Below, piece by piece: positions 7,530 to 18,816 of a stretch of DNA of 52,451 nucleotides. The DNA is from Clostridia bacterium (GTDB taxonomy: Bacteria; Bacillota; Clostridia; Oscillospirales; CAG-272), in NCBI GenBank assembly GCA_017440665.1, contig JAFSGU010000059.1:1-52451 (forward strand). Direction: 5' to 3'. Positions within the stretch are counted from its first letter, which is position 1. Each line of letters begins with the position of its first letter. The translations under genes and the position numbers were made by a program. Below the pieces are notes generated by a model. That model searched no databases. It worked only from the letters and a program-made list of their open reading frames with translations, and had not been told where the DNA came from.

Positions 7530-9390
7530 ATTCTGTTGCAGTAACTGTCTTTGTATCGTTGTCTATCACGTATACCGTCCCGTCGCCTTCGAATTTGTAG
7601 CCGAGAGCATGGCAGGACGCGGCAAGCGATGCTTTATCAGCGTCATATACTACGATATACTTACGTAAATTAAGCTGTTCCGCAAGTTTTTCGCTGGCGG
7701 TGACCTCAGCGCTTGACATAAACGCGTAATGAGACGTGAGAAGCTCGAGGCGGACAACGTTCCGATGGAAAAAGTCGCCGTCGTCCGAGTATATGAGAAC
7801 GTAGCTGTCGCGGGGGATGGCTGCGGAAACGTCGTCGTAGAAATCCGAAAGACCCGCACGCTTTTCTGCGTATACTGCTGTATCCGCCCTGTATTCGGGC
7901 AAGTATAACTGAATGAGATTTTCGCGCACGGTGAAAAGTCCCGCGGTGCAGAAGAGAAGTGCTGTCGTTCCGATAAGGAATTTCCGCAAGGCGGGCATCT
8001 CTTCCGTAATATTCTGAAGCTGATCTGCCGATGCCACGGTGAGAGGGATCACCGTGAACAGCACGCCTGTAGTATAGTATCTGTAGAATGACGCAAGTAT
8101 CTCAGCTTCCTCAGGCGGGAAGATAAAGGCGTAGAGGACGAACAGCTCCGCCGCGTACAGCACCTGACATACAAGGCAGAACACCGAAGCACCGATGATA
8201 AACGATGCTTTTCTCTTTTTTGCAAGAGTGAGGATGACGGTGAATAATGCCAATGCCCAGACGACGGCTGTGAAGCAAACGGTCGCTGACGTAAAGTCGA
8301 ACAGCTCACGGAGCATCATGGAAAGGATGTTTTTTATATATCCCGTATCCCGTTCCGCCATGGCGGAGATCACACCCGACGCACTTGACGGGAATTTGTC
8401 CACGTGTGCGGGAAAGGTAAGCTTTACGTACACCTGCCAGAGGTAAGGTGTCAGGAACTGAAGGACGATGATTGAGACAACGGCACACACCCGGTGTATA
8501 GATCCCCTCTTGTCACGGGACAGGCTTTCCTTCGGATGTGTGAATTTTTTAACGTTCAGGCATATAACGAGAACTGTCACGACTGCGGCGAAGATCCTGC
8601 CGCTGCTTTTTACTATCGCCAGGTATGCGAGCATGGGAGCAAGTGTTACGGCGAGCTTTTTGCTGTCTTGTCTGTAATAATATGCCGCAATTACTCCTGC
8701 GGCACCCACGTAACCGATGATGCTGTCGGTGAGGTAGTTGTAAATGCCGAGGGATGCAGATAAAAGCTCGGGCAGGACGAACAGCATGAGGACGAACAAA
8801 AACAGCGGGAGCGCCTTTTTGTCACGAAGCCTTGTCTTGCAGAAAACGGCGGAAAGAGCCGCAGAAACAGCAACTCCGTGGGCAATGAGTCCCACACCCT
8901 CGGTGTATCCCGTAACGTGACAGAAAAAATAGGCAAAGCACGCGCCCCCGGGAGGATAATTGCGGAAGGATACGGCAGTACCCTCTGCGGAGAAGGCATC
9001 CGTCACACACATTTCCTTAAGGATCACAGCCCAATGGGAAAAATTGTCGGGATGAAGCAGCAGCATTCCGCTCATTCTTACGGTACAAAAGAGGGAGAGT
9101 AAGAAAAAGCATATTACAGCAGGTGAGGAAAGAAGCTCTGCGGCGGAATATTTACCGCTGACGGTGCGCCATGCCTCGTAGGCAAAAAGAGCTGTACCGA
9201 TAAGTAAGAATAAAAACGTCCCCTGTGACAGAGCTCCCGCAAGACCTGCGGCGTAAACGCCCAGGGATAGTGCGCTGACAGACAGGACCGGTGCAAAAGA
9301 GGGACAGATCTTAAGTCTGTCGTGTGAAAATGTAATATACCCGAAAAGGGATAAAAACACAAGTGCAAGCTTTAAAGTGCAGATCATCAT
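7528..9390 (-). CDS. polytopic membrane protein, possibly a GT-C-type glycosyltransferase
   Basis: More than 10 hydrophobic segments; external-loop motif DNFSHW...K...NYPPG; soluble C-terminal domain. Confidence 0.7.
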   Translation of the reverse strand: MMICTLKLALVFLSLFGYITFSHDRLKICPSFAPVLSVSALSLGVYAAGLAGALSQGTFLFLLIGTALFAYEAWRTVSGKYSAAELLSSPAVICFFLLSLFCTVRMSGMLLLHPDNFSHWAVILKEMCVTDAFSAEGTAVSFRNYPPGGACFAYFFCHVTGYTEGVGLIAHGVAVSAALSAVFCKTRLRDKKALPLFLFVLMLFVLPELLSASLGIYNYLTDSIIGYVGAAGVIAAYYYRQDSKKLAVTLAPMLAYLAIVKSSGRIFAAVVTVLVICLNVKKFTHPKESLSRDKRGSIHRVCAVVSIIVLQFLTPYLWQVYVKLTFPAHVDKFPSSASGVISAMAERDTGYIKNILSMMLRELFDFTSATVCFTAVVWALALFTVILTLAKKRKASFIIGASVFCLVCQVLYAAELFVLYAFIFPPEEAEILASFYRYYTTGVLFTVIPLTVASADQLQNITEEMPALRKFLIGTTALLFCTAGLFTVRENLIQLYLPEYRADTAVYAEKRAGLSDFYDDVSAAIPRDSYVLIYSDDGDFFHRNVVRLELLTSHYAFMSSAEVTASEKLAEQLNLRKYIVVYDADKASLAASCHALGYKFEGDGTVYVIDNDTKTVTATE

Positions 9391-9701
9391 AATTTTGTCA
9401 GAATAAATTCAATTAATATAACAACGACGGGACAGACGACCGCAACTGTAAACATGCTCTTTCCAAAGGCTGCAAGGATTATTCCCACAACAAGTGCCGC
9501 TCCTCCCGCGATGGGGGAATTCGTAGCGTCGATTATTGCGGGGACAGTCATCACTGCAAGAGTCACGTAGGGTACGTAGTAGAGAAAAGAGCGTACAGTT
9601 TGATTTTTGATCTCGCTTCGTATGAGTATCAGCGGGGTTACTCTGATAAGATACGTGACCGCCGCCATAACGAGTATGTATATCCATATATTATGTTCCA
9701 T
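9387..9701 (-). CDS. azlD: AzlD-family branched-chain amino acid export protein
   Basis: ILVMAAVTYLIR..P, FLYYVPYVTLAVMT.P; GGAGG RBS before ATG 9701; follows azlC. Confidence 0.85.
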   Translation of the reverse strand: MEHNIWIYILVMAAVTYLIRVTPLILIRSEIKNQTVRSFLYYVPYVTLAVMTVPAIIDATNSPIAGGAALVVGIILAAFGKSMFTVAVVCPVVVILIEFILTKL

Positions 9702-9715
9702 TTTTCGTCCTCCTG

Positions 9716-10429
9716 TCATTCGCAGTCCACGTCGGACGGGATGGGGCGGACAAGTGCCGCCGCAAGAGAGATAACCACGGTCAGGAGGATGGTCTTGATA
9801 CCCTGGGAGATACCGTCAAACAGAGGAAGCTTGTTTGCCGCAGTACTGAGAGCGAAGCTGACAAGAACGAGGGCGGCGATAACCTTATTCTTCATGGCGG
9901 GCGGGATGATTATTGCGATGAACATACCGAACAGGGCAACACTCAGAGCGCTTACCGCAAAGGACGGCAAAACGTCTCCCGCGATAACACCGAGGGCGGT
10001 GCCGAAAGCCCAGCCGGGCATTGCCATTCCCATAACACCGTACGAATATGCGGGCTCGATGTAGCCCTTTCTGCCGATATTTGCGGCAAATATCTCGTCG
10101 GTGATGGCGTAGCCTATTATAAGTCTGTGGAAAAAGGGCGTTTCGGGTGAGAATTTCTGGCTGAGGGTACATGACATCAGAAAATATCTGGCGTTTGCGA
10201 TAAATACCATCAGTGCCACCTCAAGATATCCCGCAGACACACCCACAAGGGAAATACCTGCGTATTCTCCCGCGGAGGCGTTGTTGGTAAGGCTTACCAC
10301 GAAAGCCTGAAGTGCCGAAAACCCCACCTTGCCCGCGGCGATGCCAAGGGCGAAGGACACGGCGAAATATGCAAGAAAGATCGGGAATCCGTCGCGGATA
10401 CCTTCTTTTATCAAAGCTTTGATTTTCAT
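9716..10429 (-). CDS. azlC: AzlC-family permease
   Basis: GIRDGFPI..AYFAVSFALG, ASAGEYA, NARYFLMS, TDEIFA motifs; alternative start at 10450. Confidence 0.9.
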   Translation of the reverse strand: MKIKALIKEGIRDGFPIFLAYFAVSFALGIAAGKVGFSALQAFVVSLTNNASAGEYAGISLVGVSAGYLEVALMVFIANARYFLMSCTLSQKFSPETPFFHRLIIGYAITDEIFAANIGRKGYIEPAYSYGVMGMAMPGWAFGTALGVIAGDVLPSFAVSALSVALFGMFIAIIIPPAMKNKVIAALVLVSFALSTAANKLPLFDGISQGIKTILLTVVISLAAALVRPIPSDVDCE

Positions 10430-10467
10430 ATCAAACCTATACCGTCCCATATGATAATTACGTATAT

Positions 10468-10496
10468 ATTGTACTCTTTCTGTCTTGCGTTTGCAA
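10468..10496 (-). promoter_or_regulatory. sigma-A promoter of azlC
   Basis: TTGCAA-17bp-TACAAT on the minus strand. Confidence 0.6.
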
Positions 10497-10545
10497 GAGG
10501 AAGTACGTATTTTCTCACGATTTCGACGGTGATAAGGACTAAAGG

Positions 10546-10574
10546 TTGCAAAATCATAAGAAAACTGCTATAAT
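10546..10574 (+). promoter_or_regulatory. sigma-A promoter
   Basis: TTGCAA-17bp-TATAAT with TG extension. Confidence 0.7.
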
Positions 10575-10613
10575 GTAGACGTAACGCATTGCGATTTACA
10601 GGAGGTGTGAGTT

Positions 10614-13574
10614 TTGAAAACTGTTTTAAAGCTTTGCGCGGCTATTCTGATATTAACATCACTGACACTTTCGGTCTGCGCCGAAAAGGGTGATGGGACT
10701 GAGATGATATATTCTTATGCGGAACGAACAGACGAGGGTAAGTTTGACGGATTGTCTGTTCCCGACGATGCCGGCTTCTATTCCGAAGCAGATGAAGATA
10801 GTGAAGACGAAACAAAGACCGATGAGAAAGATGCAGATGAGGACGCTGAAATTGAAAAGAGGGTAACCTCGTCGGACGGCAAGATAAGCTTCGTCACTCA
10901 CGGTGAAGAAAAATACGTTAAGACACAGATATCTGACGGAAAAAGCGAGGTCTCCGTTAATTTTTCCCTTGCTGATATGAAATGTACGTCGGGAACGGAT
11001 TGCTTTGGCTTTGCCTTCCACGTGAACGGAGAGGCGGTAACGGGTGCCGCGGCGCCTTACGTCAACGTTTCCCTCAGAGTACGTATAAAAAACAGAGAAT
11101 ATGTGTCCGAGGTGCCGATACTTCCGGGTGGAAGCGGAAGGATCTTCGCAGACGCATCGGGTATTGACTGCGACAGCTTTGATGACGTAAGGATCACGTT
11201 TTCGCTGACAGAAGACGTTACAAACGTAACGGAGATCACCCTGACGGAGCCATACGTATCAGACGGATATGATTTTACCTTCCAACGTAAACAGGGCTTT
11301 GAGTATATTTCCGTTTTGAGCGGAAGCATGAAGGCGGACAAGATCTCATTGAACGTACACTCGGAGGACGGCGTAAGCACTTTCCTTGTAGGTACTGCAA
11401 AGGAAGAGCTCAGACGTATAAGGTATCTTGCTGTCGGCTGTCAGGATGCATGTGTTGTCAGCGCGAGAGACGCCGACAACGGTAACAAGTCCCCGTCTGC
11501 GGTAAACGTCAGCGAGGATTCCCCTTCGGCTGTATTCAGGCTTGACGGATGCCCCTCCGTTTTTGTATCGGTGACGGGTGAAGGAACTGTGTCTATAGAC
11601 GAGCTTGAGATATACGGCACGTCAGAGACTGCGGCAAGCACTCTTCACGATCTGAGTATTCTTTCCATAACCGACGGTGAGCTTACAGCAAAGGGAACTC
11701 TGAACAGAGAGTCTGTAAGGGAGTATGCCGGATGCCGTATAGGACTGTTCAGAATACCCGCGACCGGCACTGCCCAGCCTGAGCTTGTGGCTCAGACAAG
11801 GGTGACGTCCCGTTTCTCGTTTAACGTGAAGGACGTGGGCGCTACAGCCTACGACTATATGTATTATGCGGCGATAATCGACAAAAACGACGAATACATA
11901 CGTATCACACCGTCCAAATTCGTGTCTGCGGCGGGTACAAAAAGTACAGCAAGCGGTCTTTACGGCCTTCACGGCGTTGACCCCGTTGCGGTATATGAAG
12001 CGGGAGCGTCTTATGCCATGATAGACGTGGATCTGGCAAAGCTTACTTCAGCCGAAAAAGTATCGGGTCTGACTGTGGCACGAGGAGGATACGTGTTCGG
12101 ACTTAACTCAGAATACGTGGACGAGCTTGATTCCTATATGGAGCTTTACCGTGTGTCGGGTATATCGGTATACGTTAAGCTGTATTGCTCCGAGCCGATA
12201 AAGTCAAGGTATGACGAAAGCTATCTGACGTACAGAAGAAGCTCAGCGGAATATATGCTTCGTTCCGATACTCCCGAGGCTGCGGGAATGTATACCGCAA
12301 TCGTGTCATATCTTTGCAGGAGATATCCGAGCATTACCTCTTTTGTGCTGTCATCGGGTGTAAACTCCGTTGAGCTGACAGGTATGTCTTATACAGATAT
12401 GTACAAAAGTGCGGGGGATATTGCCATGGCGGCAAGACTGGTGTACGGTGCCGCTTCCGAAACATCCGACGTGTTCATTACTGTCCCCGTATGCGAAGTG
12501 GCGGACAGATACGATGCGTCCGCCGAGGTTTTGCTGTCTCTCGTTGCGGAAAAGCTCCTCCACGTGGGACATATCCCGTGGGCTGTTATGTATACCGGGG
12601 GCGAATGTGAGCTGCCTGAGCTCAGCGACAGTATAATTTACTTACAGAGAATGAACAATACCGCTGCCGCGTCTTTTACTGTGTATTGTTATGCTCCCGA
12701 GATATTCGGGGAGACGGAGATCGAGGGGTATAAGGCGCTGTGTAACAGTGCTTCATCTACGCCTGTGAGAACAGTTTTTCTGTCCGGATCACAGCTTGAA
12801 AATAAGATCGGACGTGACGTGCTTAACGGACTGAACAGTGATATGAAGGATGAGACGTCGCATCTGTTTACTTCTGATGCTTTGACAAGCACGGATGTTT
12901 ATTCTTCGGTGACAGGTGTACATACTGTATGGGATTTTTCGTCTGTCCGCAGTACTCTCGGATGGGTAGGCGGATACGGTATTGAGAAGCTGTCGTCGGA
13001 ACCGGAAGCCCTTTACGGCGAGCTGGCTGACAGACGTGTTCTCAGATGCATTACCGCAGACAAGCACGGCAGTGCGGGAATCATCATGTGCAGACAGGAG
13101 TATTCCGTAAACCTTGCGACAGCTCCGCTTGTAGAATTCGTTTATTCGTATGAGTGTGACACAGACGTGAGCATCGTTTTCGTCTTTGCCAACGGCGAGA
13201 ACAGGGCCGAGTTTAAGGTGCCCGCATCACTGGCAAGGGGAGAAGACGGTAAATACACAGCACTCTGTGATCTTTCGGAGTTTTCCAAAATATCTGCGGT
13301 CGCCTACGTGGGCGTACTGATATATTCGGATTCCGCAGTCAGCTTTGAACTGTCGTGTGTGAACGTTATGAGTACAGAGCTTGAGGACGATGATATCGCC
13401 CACTTGTTTGAAAAGAAGGATGTTGCGGAGAAAGAGCCTCTTCCCGTACTGCGTATCGGGGCAGGTGTTGTTTTGGTTGCCGTTACCGTTGTGGTGATGT
13501 CAGTTTGTGTTATACGTGTGCGTAACAGAGACAGGTCTCTTGTTAACGTAATAAAGAAAAGACGCCACAGATAA
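10614..13574 (+). CDS. secreted, C-terminally membrane-anchored protein with a DUF5722-like (GH-type TIM barrel) central domain
   Basis: Signal peptide; C-terminal TM helix plus basic tail; central G.SYAMIDVDL..L...YVFGLN.EYV.ELD...SGISVY resembles DUF5722; AGGAGG RBS with TTG start. Confidence 0.7.
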   Translation: MKTVLKLCAAILILTSLTLSVCAEKGDGTEMIYSYAERTDEGKFDGLSVPDDAGFYSEADEDSEDETKTDEKDADEDAEIEKRVTSSDGKISFVTHGEEKYVKTQISDGKSEVSVNFSLADMKCTSGTDCFGFAFHVNGEAVTGAAAPYVNVSLRVRIKNREYVSEVPILPGGSGRIFADASGIDCDSFDDVRITFSLTEDVTNVTEITLTEPYVSDGYDFTFQRKQGFEYISVLSGSMKADKISLNVHSEDGVSTFLVGTAKEELRRIRYLAVGCQDACVVSARDADNGNKSPSAVNVSEDSPSAVFRLDGCPSVFVSVTGEGTVSIDELEIYGTSETAASTLHDLSILSITDGELTAKGTLNRESVREYAGCRIGLFRIPATGTAQPELVAQTRVTSRFSFNVKDVGATAYDYMYYAAIIDKNDEYIRITPSKFVSAAGTKSTASGLYGLHGVDPVAVYEAGASYAMIDVDLAKLTSAEKVSGLTVARGGYVFGLNSEYVDELDSYMELYRVSGISVYVKLYCSEPIKSRYDESYLTYRRSSAEYMLRSDTPEAAGMYTAIVSYLCRRYPSITSFVLSSGVNSVELTGMSYTDMYKSAGDIAMAARLVYGAASETSDVFITVPVCEVADRYDASAEVLLSLVAEKLLHVGHIPWAVMYTGGECELPELSDSIIYLQRMNNTAAASFTVYCYAPEIFGETEIEGYKALCNSASSTPVRTVFLSGSQLENKIGRDVLNGLNSDMKDETSHLFTSDALTSTDVYSSVTGVHTVWDFSSVRSTLGWVGGYGIEKLSSEPEALYGELADRRVLRCITADKHGSAGIIMCRQEYSVNLATAPLVEFVYSYECDTDVSIVFVFANGENRAEFKVPASLARGEDGKYTALCDLSEFSKISAVAYVGVLIYSDSAVSFELSCVNVMSTELEDDDIAHLFEKKDVAEKEPLPVLRIGAGVVLVAVTVVVMSVCVIRVRNRDRSLVNVIKKRRHR

Positions 13575-13597
13575 GCCGGATAAACCTATGATCATAT

Positions 13598-13634
13598 AAA
13601 AACCGCTGTTTTGATACACAAAACGGCGGTTTTT
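13598..13634. terminator. intrinsic terminator
   Basis: AAAAACCGCTGTTTTG / CAAAACGGCGGTTTTT stem. Confidence 0.75.
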
Positions 13635-13677
13635 GCCTGCAAAATTAAAATTAACACCAAGTATTCCCACGCCCAAG

Positions 13678-13706
13678 TTGACAAAACCGTGCGGGTTTGG
13701 TATAAT
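13678..13706 (+). promoter_or_regulatory. consensus sigma-A promoter of the yybS-gdpP-rplI-dnaB operon
   Basis: TTGACA-17bp-TATAAT with TG extension. Confidence 0.85.
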
Positions 13707-13780
13707 TATAATAATATACAGTATTCTGGCGTCGTGTACGCACGGCGCGATTGACATCACTGAATTGAGGAATAATTAAA

Positions 13781-14803
13781 TTGGATAACAGATCTACCCC
13801 TTCTACTGTTGAAAGCAAAGGGCAGGCATCTTGTGAAACCTCGGGTAACCGTTTTGTCAAGATGATTTTTCTTGTGATGACGTCGATCTTTGCGTTCAAC
13901 TCCCTTAATAGCAAACTTGCGTTTCTTTTTATCACGTTCTACGCTATAGCCGTGGGTATACTTGCGGGCTTTATCAAAGAGAAGAAATACGCTGTGATCG
14001 CTATACCGGTTATCGCATCATTTTGTTGCTATCCGCATTTTCAGTTTTTTGTGCCCGCCCTATTGTTCATGATATTGCTGGCTTTCCTCTGCTCTTCTTA
14101 TCTGAAGGACAGACCGGGACAGTTCGCTTTCTTTACCATGTGTGCCCTGATGTATTCCATGGCGGCTGTCGGTGCGGGCGTGCTTGTGGCTGTACAGTAT
14201 TTCGGCTCTGTTGAGACTTGTCTTGATGCGGTCACCAAGTATGCGGTAAGCGTAGCGGAGCTGTTATATAACAATATTCCCGAAAGGCTTATCGCAAAAG
14301 TTTCAGCTGAGGATCTTTCTTCGCTTAAGGAGGCATATCTCAGCGCCGCGAAACAGGTGGTGTATCTGCTTCCGTCCGCCTTGGTGATATCGTCCATGTA
14401 TGCTGCTTTTCTGACCAAGCGTACGCTTACAAAGACACTCGGCGGAAAGAAGAAGCTTCCCGTGCTGTTCAGCAGTCCCTATTATCCCCCCGCAGTGCTT
14501 GCCATCGGCTACATGATACTTTCGTTTTTGGGTATATTATTTGCGCTCAGCTCCGAAGAGGCATACTATATCTACATGAACTTAATGGCTGTGCTTGGCG
14601 TGGTGTTTGCTTACGTAGGACTTGTGGAATACGTATCCGTGCTGTTACGTCCCGTTCACCCGAAGCAGAGGGTCGTATACGTCGTCATGGGAATCATAGT
14701 TGTGGGATTCCTCACGATGTCTGCGTTTTCCATACTCGCGTATTTCGGTGCGTGCCGTGCAATTTTCTCGCGCGTCAGGGTGATCAGAATAACGAAAAAG
14801 TAA
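13781..14803 (+). CDS. YybS/DUF2232-family membrane protein
   Basis: Multi-TM protein in the conserved position upstream of gdpP-rplI-dnaB. Confidence 0.7.
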   Translation: MDNRSTPSTVESKGQASCETSGNRFVKMIFLVMTSIFAFNSLNSKLAFLFITFYAIAVGILAGFIKEKKYAVIAIPVIASFCCYPHFQFFVPALLFMILLAFLCSSYLKDRPGQFAFFTMCALMYSMAAVGAGVLVAVQYFGSVETCLDAVTKYAVSVAELLYNNIPERLIAKVSAEDLSSLKEAYLSAAKQVVYLLPSALVISSMYAAFLTKRTLTKTLGGKKKLPVLFSSPYYPPAVLAIGYMILSFLGILFALSSEEAYYIYMNLMAVLGVVFAYVGLVEYVSVLLRPVHPKQRVVYVVMGIIVVGFLTMSAFSILAYFGACRAIFSRVRVIRITKK

Positions 14804-14863
14804 TATTTCGGTATTACCACGTTTTTTTGACAACAGAATTTCTCTTCCGAACGGAGGATCAGT

Positions 14864-16942
14864 ATGAAAAAAATATTATCATATATGGAAAAAAACCGTC
14901 AGACGGTGCTTACCGCCGTTTATGCGGTGGTGCTGTTCTCGGCGTATATCGTAGCTGTTGCGCTTGATCTTGACCATCTTCTCAAATTGGGTGTAGCATT
15001 CATAGTCCTGTTTGTGCTCGGTGCCGCGTTTATCAGCTACATGTGTAAACGCCTCTCAGTAAAGCCGGGGCATATTGCAGACAGAGTCGTACTGAGCAGA
15101 TCTCTTTTCGATTCTATCGACAGAATGCATTCTCCTGCCATCATGTGCCATGCAGACGGAAGACTTATATGGTGTAACGAAAGCTTCAGAGATACCCTCA
15201 GCGACGGAAAAAAGCCGTATGGTAAGAATGTGTCCGAAATTCTCGGTATTTCGTTGGAGAGCATCAGAAATGCTCCGGTTGAGGACGGCGTTGGATTTGA
15301 ATACGGTAACAGCTATTACATCGCAAAGTACAGCAACGTAAAGCTTGAAGGCGGCGGAGGACTTATTATCCTTACCGAGACGTCTGAGTTTAAGGCGATG
15401 AGCGACAAGCTTGACATGATCTACGAGAGACTTGACAACAGCGATCCCGTAGTTGCGTACGTGCTTGTGGATAATCTCACTGAGATGATCGAAAACGACA
15501 GTAATTCCTACAGACCTGCTACCGCAAAGGTAGACGAGATCATCAGAGAATGGGCGGCGGATGCCAAGGGCGTCGTCAAGGAGTTTGAGAGAGACAGATA
15601 TATCGTTGTTTTCGAAAAAAGCGGACTTAATCGTCAGATCGAAAGAAAATTCGATATTCTTGATAAGATCAGAAATATAAGAGTGGGAGCTGAACAGCTG
15701 TCAGTCACCCTTTCTGTGGGTATCTCGTCAATACTCGGAAGCTTTGCCGAAAAGGATCAGGCTGCAAGGGTCGCACTTGAACTTGCACTTAGCCGCGGCG
15801 GAGACCAGATCGTTGTTAAGACTGCGGACGGAACACAGTTCTACGGCGGACACGGAAAATCCTCGGTCAGACGAAACAGTGTGCGTTCAAGAGTCGTGTC
15901 AAACGAGCTTCTCATGCATATGGCGCGAAGCTCAAACGTTATAATCATGGGACACAAGTATCCCGATTACGACAGTATTGCCGCATGTGTCGGACTTGCG
16001 CGTCTTGCGCTCTTCTGTGGAGTTGACGTGAATATTATTGCAGACGAAAAGGACGTAAACGTAGCCCTTTGCAAAAAGCTTCTCGAAAGCGTTCCGGAGT
16101 TCAGAGGGGTGTTCACACCGCCTGCTGAAGGGCTGGATCTGATGGAGACCGGGACGTTCGTTGTTGTTGCGGACGTTAATAACCTTGCCATAGTTGAAGA
16201 TCCTGCCATAATCGAAAATGCCAAGCAATACGCAGTTATCGACCATCACAGAAAAACTGCCGAATTTAAGCGCGAGCCGCTGATCGAATACATTGAGCCT
16301 AAGGCATCAAGTGCAAGCGAACTTGTATGCGAAATGCTTGAACATACACTTCCGGAGGATATGCTGACAGGCGCCGAGGCAGATCTGCTTCTTGCCGGCA
16401 TCATGCTTGATACCCGTCAGTTCACCAGAAACACGGGTGCCAGAACCTATGGAGCGGCACTGTATCTCCACGATAACGGCGCTGAGCCGCAAGCTGTTCA
16501 GGATCTGTTTAAATCGGGACTCGAGGATTACCTGAGCGAGGGTCGTTTCAGATCAAACGTAGCGGTGTACCGAGGAGAGTTGGCGATCACAATGTGTGAG
16601 GAGTCGTCGGGAGATGCTGCGGCGGATAAGATCACAGCTTCTAAGGCTGCAGAGGGACTTATCGGTGTGCGCGGGATCAAGGCGGCGTTTGCACTTGTAA
16701 ATCTGGGGGACAGTATGAACGTGTCTGCTCGTTCCACGGGAGAAGTGAACGTACAGCTTATTCTGGAGAAGCTCCACGGCGGAGGTCATTTTGATAACGC
16801 GGGAGCACAGCTGAAGGGTGTCAGTCCCGAGGATGCAGTGAAAATGCTTAAGGAAGCTATTGACGCTCATTTTGCTGAGCTCAAAAAAGATGAAAAACAA
16901 AACGGAAATACACATCAGAAAGTGAAGAGCACCGAGGTTTGA
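14864..16942 (+). CDS. gdpP: cyclic-di-AMP phosphodiesterase GdpP (TM-PAS-degenerate GGDEF-DHH/DHHA1)
   Basis: [34 protein letters not shown] motifs; synteny. Confidence 0.92.
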   Translation: MKKILSYMEKNRQTVLTAVYAVVLFSAYIVAVALDLDHLLKLGVAFIVLFVLGAAFISYMCKRLSVKPGHIADRVVLSRSLFDSIDRMHSPAIMCHADGRLIWCNESFRDTLSDGKKPYGKNVSEILGISLESIRNAPVEDGVGFEYGNSYYIAKYSNVKLEGGGGLIILTETSEFKAMSDKLDMIYERLDNSDPVVAYVLVDNLTEMIENDSNSYRPATAKVDEIIREWAADAKGVVKEFERDRYIVVFEKSGLNRQIERKFDILDKIRNIRVGAEQLSVTLSVGISSILGSFAEKDQAARVALELALSRGGDQIVVKTADGTQFYGGHGKSSVRRNSVRSRVVSNELLMHMARSSNVIIMGHKYPDYDSIAACVGLARLALFCGVDVNIIADEKDVNVALCKKLLESVPEFRGVFTPPAEGLDLMETGTFVVVADVNNLAIVEDPAIIENAKQYAVIDHHRKTAEFKREPLIEYIEPKASSASELVCEMLEHTLPEDMLTGAEADLLLAGIMLDTRQFTRNTGARTYGAALYLHDNGAEPQAVQDLFKSGLEDYLSEGRFRSNVAVYRGELAITMCEESSGDAAADKITASKAAEGLIGVRGIKAAFALVNLGDSMNVSARSTGEVNVQLILEKLHGGGHFDNAGAQLKGVSPEDAVKMLKEAIDAHFAELKKDEKQNGNTHQKVKSTEV

Positions 16943-16973
16943 GCGGCTCTTCAATGTGAAAGGAAGGAACAAT

Positions 16974-17417
16974 ATGAAGGTAGTACTTTTAAAGGACGTT
17001 AAGGGACAGGGCAAGAAGGACCAGATAGTAGAGGTATCCGACGGATACGCAAGAAATTTCCTCCTCCCCAAGGGACTTGCCGCTGAGGCAAAGGGCTCTG
17101 TGCTCAACGATATAAAGAATAAGGAATCATCCAAGGCTCACAAGATAGAGCTTGAACGTGCGGCGGCTCGCGAGACCGCGGCGAAGCTTGAAGAGGTTAA
17201 GGTAGTCCTCAAGGTAAAGGCGGGCACGGGCGGAAGAATGTACGGCTCAATTACCGCAAAGGATATCGCAGAGGCGCTTGACGCTCAGCATAAGATCAAA
17301 ATAGACCGCAGAAAGATGATTTGCGACACCATCAAGGCTTACGGTAACTACAAGGTGACGGTCAAGCTTTATCCCGAGATCACGGGTACCGTTAACGTGA
17401 CCGTAACAGAGGCGTAA
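16974..17417 (+). CDS. rplI: 50S ribosomal protein L9
   Basis: [15 protein letters not shown]...[16 protein letters not shown]. Confidence 0.97.
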   Translation: MKVVLLKDVKGQGKKDQIVEVSDGYARNFLLPKGLAAEAKGSVLNDIKNKESSKAHKIELERAAARETAAKLEEVKVVLKVKAGTGGRMYGSITAKDIAEALDAQHKIKIDRRKMICDTIKAYGNYKVTVKLYPEITGTVNVTVTEA

Positions 17418-17450
17418 AACAAAGAATAATTCACTCCCGAACGGGACAGA

Positions 17451-18800
17451 ATGGAGAATACCGTGAACGGAAACCTGAATGAGGAAATGGGAAGGCGAAT
17501 GCCGTTTTCCCTTGATGCGGAGCAGTCTGTGCTCGCATCCATAATGATAGATCCTTCATGCATGGACAATATTGCGGCTTTGGTCAGCGCAGATGACTTT
17601 TATCTCACAGAGCACCGTGAGATCTTCTCGGTCATGCAGCGTATGTACCTTAAAAGCAAGAATATCGACGTCGTTACTCTTATAAACGAGCTTGCTGTAA
17701 ACGGCGTATACGACGAGGCAGGGGGCAGAGACTATTTAAGACTTCTTGCAGAGACCGTGCCGACAGCTTCAAACGCCAAGGACTATGCCAAGATCATAAG
17801 AGACAAGGCGATACTCCGTCAGCTTATCGGCGCAGGCGAGGCTATTTCAGAGGCGGCATACGCAGGCGAGGATGAAGCTGAGCGTCTGGTCGAATTTGCT
17901 GAGACAAAGGTCTTCAACATTGCCGAGGGCAGAGAAAACAAAAGCTTCGTACATATCCGTGACGCTATCGTTATGGTATATGACAGACTTAACAATCTGA
18001 AAAACGACCCCGATGCGGTAAAGGGTACGCCTACGGGATTTACCGACCTTGATAACGTAATAGTAGGTCTCGGTAACTCCGACCTTGTGCTTGTAGGTGC
18101 CCGCCCCGGTATGGGTAAGACCAGCTTTACAATGAACCTTGCTACCGCGGCGGCTGCAAAGACGAAAAAGACGGTGTGCGTATTTTCCCTTGAGATGTCG
18201 GCCGAGCAGCTTGCCAACAGAATGCTCTCAAGCGAGGCGCAGATCGACAGCTATAAGATGCGCTCCGGTCAGCTTGACGATCAGGACTGGGAGGCGCTTG
18301 CATACGCGTCCTCAAGGCTTTCGTCTGTCGATATCCTTATCGACGACACGCCCGGCATCACCGTTGCCGGTATGAAAAGCAAGCTGAGACGTGTTAAAAA
18401 TCTCGGTATGGTAGTTATCGACTACCTCCAGCTTATGCAGGGCGACACCAAGACCGACAACCGTGTAAACGAGGTGGGTGAGATATCCCGCGGACTTAAG
18501 CTTCTTGCCAAGGAGTTTAACGTACCCGTTATTACCTGCGCGCAGCTTTCCCGAGGTCCTGAGCAGAGACAGGACAAGCGTCCTATGCTGTCGGACCTTC
18601 GTGACTCCGGTGCCATCGAGCAGGACGCGGATATCGTAATGTTCCTTTACCGTGACGAGTATTACAAGGAATCCTCAGGTGAACAAAGCGTTGCCGAGGT
18701 CATCGTTGCAAAAAACAGACACGGTTCGCAAGACAAGGTAAAGCTTGGCTGGATCGGTCAATATACTAAATTCACAAACCTGACAAACACCGCTGAATAA
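17451..18800 (+). CDS. dnaB: replicative DNA helicase
   Basis: P.SLDAEQSVL, GARPGMGKT, FSLEMS, IDYLQL, QLSR, SDLRDSGAIEQDAD. Confidence 0.97.
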   Translation: MENTVNGNLNEEMGRRMPFSLDAEQSVLASIMIDPSCMDNIAALVSADDFYLTEHREIFSVMQRMYLKSKNIDVVTLINELAVNGVYDEAGGRDYLRLLAETVPTASNAKDYAKIIRDKAILRQLIGAGEAISEAAYAGEDEAERLVEFAETKVFNIAEGRENKSFVHIRDAIVMVYDRLNNLKNDPDAVKGTPTGFTDLDNVIVGLGNSDLVLVGARPGMGKTSFTMNLATAAAAKTKKTVCVFSLEMSAEQLANRMLSSEAQIDSYKMRSGQLDDQDWEALAYASSRLSSVDILIDDTPGITVAGMKSKLRRVKNLGMVVIDYLQLMQGDTKTDNRVNEVGEISRGLKLLAKEFNVPVITCAQLSRGPEQRQDKRPMLSDLRDSGAIEQDADIVMFLYRDEYYKESSGEQSVAEVIVAKNRHGSQDKVKLGWIGQYTKFTNLTNTAE

Positions 18801-18816
18801 GCGGATAAAATGTATT

